Below, in pieces: positions 29,576 to 32,000 of a stretch of 32,000 bases of DNA. Positions within the stretch are counted from its first letter, which is position 1. Each line of letters opens with the position of its first letter. The notes beneath the pieces were generated by a model that ran no database searches, was not told the origin of the DNA, and worked only from the letters and a program-made list of their open reading frames with translations. The position numbers and the translations under genes are program-made. Origin of the DNA: Candidatus Saccharimonadota bacterium (GTDB lineage: Bacteria; Patescibacteriota; Patescibacteriia; 2-12-FULL-60-25); NCBI GenBank assembly GCA_023898425.1, contig CP060222.1, positions 240,001-272,000 of the forward strand. Reading direction: 5' to 3'.

Positions 29576-30223
29576 CTAGCTATTTTCTACAGTCTTAGCT
29601 TTACTTTTAACAGTCATAAATATCAATGTTAAATAAATCGTAGGCAAAACGATATCACCAATAAGCGGAGCTCCAATATTTAGCGGTGAATAGTTTTTGT
29701 GAACGATTGCCTCTACGAGATGTACATAGCCAGCGCCGTATAAAAAGATCGATTTTGTGATCACGGTCGCTGCAATCATTTGCTTCTTGAGCCAAATAGC
29801 TAGAAGGCCTGCGATACCAGAGCCCAATGTATAAAAAGCCAGCTCCGTTTGAAACGGGCTACCCGTAGCCCAGCCGATTTGTTGAGCGACAGAATCCGCT
29901 AAGACGGTATGTCCAATAAAGCTCCACAGACCTCCAAAACCGATAGCAATGACGGTAAAGTACCAAAGATAGGTAAGCGCACGATCTTCTTTTGATTTGA
30001 TCTGTTTTACTTGGATATGACGTAGTGCGCTTAGTGGGATGAGTACGAGCGTATACGCAAGCGTGCCGATATACGGTATTAACGAACACAACCAGTAGAT
30101 AAAAAAGGTAAAGGGGATGACATGAAATATAAGAGATTTCCATTGATGGAATACAGGTTGGTTCTCAATGCGTCTCAAAAATGGCCCGAAGGGTACGAGA
30201 ATATCGATGGGATAAAGCTTCAT
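29576..30223 (-). CDS. Hypothetical polytopic membrane protein (only intact ORF in the island)
   Basis: 215-223 aa with about 6 TM helices. I prefer the start 'MKLYPIDIL' at 30223, with an alternative at 30247. I recognise no family. Confidence 0.6.
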   Translation of the reverse strand: MKLYPIDILVPFGPFLRRIENQPVFHQWKSLIFHVIPFTFFIYWLCSLIPYIGTLAYTLVLIPLSALRHIQVKQIKSKEDRALTYLWYFTVIAIGFGGLWSFIGHTVLADSVAQQIGWATGSPFQTELAFYTLGSGIAGLLAIWLKKQMIAATVITKSIFLYGAGYVHLVEAIVHKNYSPLNIGAPLIGDIVLPTIYLTLIFMTVKSKAKTVENS

Positions 30224-30296
30224 AAAATTAGTATAGCAGCAATACATGGCCCCGCCACGTGAGCCAAAAGCAAAAAGCCCCGCTTTTCGCTGAGGC

Positions 30297-30357
30297 TTTT
30301 ACGTGGCTCCGGGACTTGGATTCGAACCAAGATAAACGGCTTCAAAGGCCGGTGTCC
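30297..30357. repeat. Right direct repeat of the island (attR-like), 61 nt, inside the intact tRNA-Gln
   Basis: See the left repeat. It extends 7 nt (ttttacg) beyond the tRNA 3' end. Confidence 0.9.
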
Positions 30358-30377
30358 TACCATTAGACGATCCCGGA
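30304..30377 (-). tRNA. tRNA-Gln (anticodon UUG), CCA encoded
   Basis: Reverse complement: acceptor TCCGGGA/TCCCGGA (U1-A72, typical of bacterial Gln) and D-arm GTCT-AATGGTA-GGAC. The anticodon loop is CTTTGAA. The T-arm is CTTGG-TTCGAAT-CCAAG, followed by G and CCA. Confidence 0.9.
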
Positions 30378-30397
30378 AGAGGGGAGTTTGTGGGCAA

Positions 30398-30426
30398 AGG
30401 ATAAGGATTTTTCGCGTAATTGTCAA
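30398..30426 (-). promoter_or_regulatory. Candidate promoter for tRNA-Gln
   Basis: On the minus strand: TTGACA (30426-30421), a 17-nt spacer, then TATCCT (30403-30398), about 20 nt upstream of the tRNA 5' end. This is a motif match only. Confidence 0.35.
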
Positions 30427-30519
30427 AGTGGATGACCTATCGTTGGTTTGCCTTATAAACATTGACAAAAAGTATAATGAAATGTATACCGCTTAGGTAC
30501 CTTTTCGGGAGAGAAAGAC

Positions 30520-31065
30520 ATGGGACGTACAGCCAAAGCGGATATTGAGGCCAAAGAAGGGCAAGACCCTGACGAGTCAAGAAGAGCGAAAACCTTTGCT
30601 CGATTGCGAAACGTGTTAGAAATCCTCGCCAAAGGAAATCCATCAGAAGAGCTCCTAGATCTTTTGGATGGTTTCTTGGACGAGTTTACGGCCACGTATG
30701 ACAAAGTACGCATGTCTTCTGCTGAGCGTAGCTGGGATTTGTTCCATCTTCAACAGCCAAGATACTTGAGAAAGACGGTGCACGAGCTGGGTTTGTCAAA
30801 GCGCTTTCTAGACGGTGTTGTTCATCGTGAATTTCAGCAGTGTCACTTTGACTGTAAGCTCAATAGCAATATCGCTAATGATTGGCGTAGGCATGTCTTG
30901 GCTGGAGACCTCATGATACTGAACCCCGGTAAAATCCTGAGGCTAAATAGCAGTATGCGATCTACTCTGAGAGATACAGAGAGAGTCTTGTCTGAGCATG
31001 GGATTACCCTCGCCGGCACATATCCCGAAGGCTGGATCCCTATACAAGAACGATTGAAATTTTGA
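30520..31065 (+). CDS. Hypothetical protein
   Basis: 181-aa ORF preceded by 'gggagagaaagac' (purine-rich, RBS-like). I recognise no family. The segments 'VHELGLSKRFLDGV' and 'ILRLNSSMRSTLRDTERVLSEHGITL' vaguely resemble helix-hairpin-helix. Confidence 0.55.
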   Translation: MGRTAKADIEAKEGQDPDESRRAKTFARLRNVLEILAKGNPSEELLDLLDGFLDEFTATYDKVRMSSAERSWDLFHLQQPRYLRKTVHELGLSKRFLDGVVHREFQQCHFDCKLNSNIANDWRRHVLAGDLMILNPGKILRLNSSMRSTLRDTERVLSEHGITLAGTYPEGWIPIQERLKF

Positions 31066-31086
31066 TGAATCATCAACATTGGTATG

Positions 31087-31112
31087 AGCCCGCTGATCTG
31101 GCGGGCTTTTCT
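31087..31112 (+). terminator. Rho-independent terminator
   Basis: AGCCCGC, loop tgatctg, then GCGGGCT followed by TTTTCT. Confidence 0.65.
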
Positions 31113-31150
31113 ATTGGGATAAATTTATGTATAGTACCTTGCATAACATA

Positions 31151-31164
31151 GTAACTTGTGTTAC
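31151..31164. promoter_or_regulatory. Inverted repeat GTAAC-ttgt-GTTAC upstream of padR; candidate operator
   Basis: A perfect 5-4-5 palindrome lies 22 nt upstream of the padR ATG. It is flanked by direct repeats ATGTATA and TACC(C)TTGCA. Confidence 0.25.
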
Positions 31165-31185
31165 CCTTGCAAATGTATAAAACGT

Positions 31186-31536
31186 ATGACTACAAAACCC
31201 CCAATTGATGTCGCAAATACGAAAGCTCAGATGCGTAAAGGTATTCTTGAGTTTTGTATCCTTTTGGTTATTTCAGAAGGAGAAGCGTATGCCAGCGACA
31301 TTTTAAAAGAGCTGCAAGCAGCTGATCTCATCGTGGTTGAAGGAACTCTTTATCCGCTTTTGAGTCGATTAAAAAATGCCGGTCTTCTCATGTATGACTG
31401 GTCGGAGTCAAAAAACGGTCCTCCTCGTAAGTATTATTCGCTTACGCCTCAGGGTCGCAAGTTCTTAGATCAGCTCTCAGAAACATGGACTGCCTTAGAT
31501 CGTTCTATTAATACCTTAATGAAAAAATTTAATTAA
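31186..31536 (+). CDS. PadR family transcriptional regulator
   Basis: 'MRKGILEFCILLVISEGEAYASDILKEL...GTLYPLLSRLKNAGLL...PPRKYYSLTPQGR' is a canonical PadR winged helix. The ATG at 31186 is preferred over the TTG at 31156. Confidence 0.88.
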   Translation: MTTKPPIDVANTKAQMRKGILEFCILLVISEGEAYASDILKELQAADLIVVEGTLYPLLSRLKNAGLLMYDWSESKNGPPRKYYSLTPQGRKFLDQLSETWTALDRSINTLMKKFN

Positions 31537-31542
31537 CGTTAT

Positions 31543-32000
31543 ATGAAAAAAACCCTTTCTATCACCATTGGTGGTCTCGTCTACAATATCGAAGAAGACG
31601 CTTTTTTGTCACTCGATGCTTATCTCGAAAAATTACGTTCACATTTTAGCAGCGACGAAAATGTTGATGAGTTAATTGCTGATATCGAAGCAAGTATCTC
31701 AGAAAAATTTGCTGAAAAATTAGAGAAGCGTACGGTTATTCGTTTGCAAGATGTTGAAGAAGTGATTGCTGTCATGGGCAAAGCAGAAGAGATTGACGAA
31801 GAGGCAACAACAGAATCGCAAAAACAAGGTGAGCAAAACGAACAAAAGTCAGAAGAATCTACAGAAAAGCGACTCTATCGTGATGTAGACGACATGGTCA
31901 TCGCTGGCGTTTGTTCAGGTATTGCTGCCTATTACGGTGTTGATGTTGTTTTTGTACGAATCGCATTTATCATTTTAGCGTTTGTTAATGGTATCGGTAT
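31543..32000 (+). CDS. PspC domain-containing protein, 3'-truncated by the window edge
   Basis: The frame is open from the ATG at 31543 to the window end. It is absent from the ORF track because it has no stop. It reads 'MKKTLSITIGGLVYNIEEDAF...' and then 'LYRDVDDMVIAGVCSGIAAYYGVDVVFVRIAFIILAF', which is the PspC motif. PadR-PspC pairing is common. Confidence 0.75.
   Translation, partial: MKKTLSITIGGLVYNIEEDAFLSLDAYLEKLRSHFSSDENVDELIADIEASISEKFAEKLEKRTVIRLQDVEEVIAVMGKAEEIDEEATTESQKQGEQNEQKSEESTEKRLYRDVDDMVIAGVCSGIAAYYGVDVVFVRIAFIILAFVNGIG

Larger units (their letters stand above)
23219..30296. mobile_element. ~7.1-kb tRNA-Gln-associated genomic island, decayed, with no integrase seen
   Basis: Bounded by the 60/61-nt direct repeats. 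The left 4.8 kb is strongly AT-rich. It contains a Type III R-M pseudogene pair, a DUF2779 pseudogene and one intact membrane-protein ORF. Confidence 0.7.

Noticed and set aside
30462-30478. Perfect TTGACA and TATAAT hexamers upstream of the 30520 ORF
   Set aside because: They are only 5 nt apart, so they cannot act together as a -35/-10 pair. TTGACA-17 nt-TATACC (30485-30490) is possible but weak, so I did not call a promoter.

Overview
The window looks like a compact, mostly housekeeping bacterial chromosome segment. The gene content hints at a small-genome, Patescibacteria/CPR-like lineage: DUF5671, DUF2339, DUF3048, a pilin-like anchored protein and short intergenic gaps. This is inference only.

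Intact genes, in order:
- murE (5' partial), a PH-domain membrane protein, an FtsB/DivIC-like protein and a SurA-N-like protein
- tRNA-Gly and tRNA-Thr
- a SEDS protein (FtsW/RodA)
- gyrB and rplY (L25/Ctc)
- a DUF3048 protein, prmC and a DUF2339 protein
- a DUF2233 lipoprotein, an M29-like peptidase and an MGDG-synthase-like glycosyltransferase
- NAD(P) malic enzyme
- ftsE and ftsX
- tRNA-Gln
- PadR and a PspC-domain protein (3' partial)

Two accessory loci stand out, both next to tRNA genes and both carrying visibly AT-rich DNA. Spot counts of single 60-nt lines gave about 27% G+C in the AT-rich DNA and about 47-58% in flanking genes.

1. A ~396-bp direct duplication covers tRNA-Thr(CGU), its terminator and the 3' end of the SEDS gene. 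It brackets a 444-bp AT-rich remnant.
2. A ~7.1-kb island is bounded by a 60/61-nt direct repeat. One copy of the repeat is a displaced 3' fragment of tRNA-Gln and the other is part of the intact tRNA-Gln gene. The island holds a heavily frameshifted Type III restriction-modification pair (mod-res), a frameshifted DUF2779 (Cas4-like nuclease) gene and one intact membrane protein. It has no recognisable integrase.

Gene decay also extends into host-composition DNA just outside the island, where a histidine phosphatase gene carries 3 frameshifts.

I found no CRISPR array, rRNA or intact transposase. I see no intact novel multi-gene system. The most interesting signals are the two tRNA-linked integration scars and the contiguous pseudogene tract.
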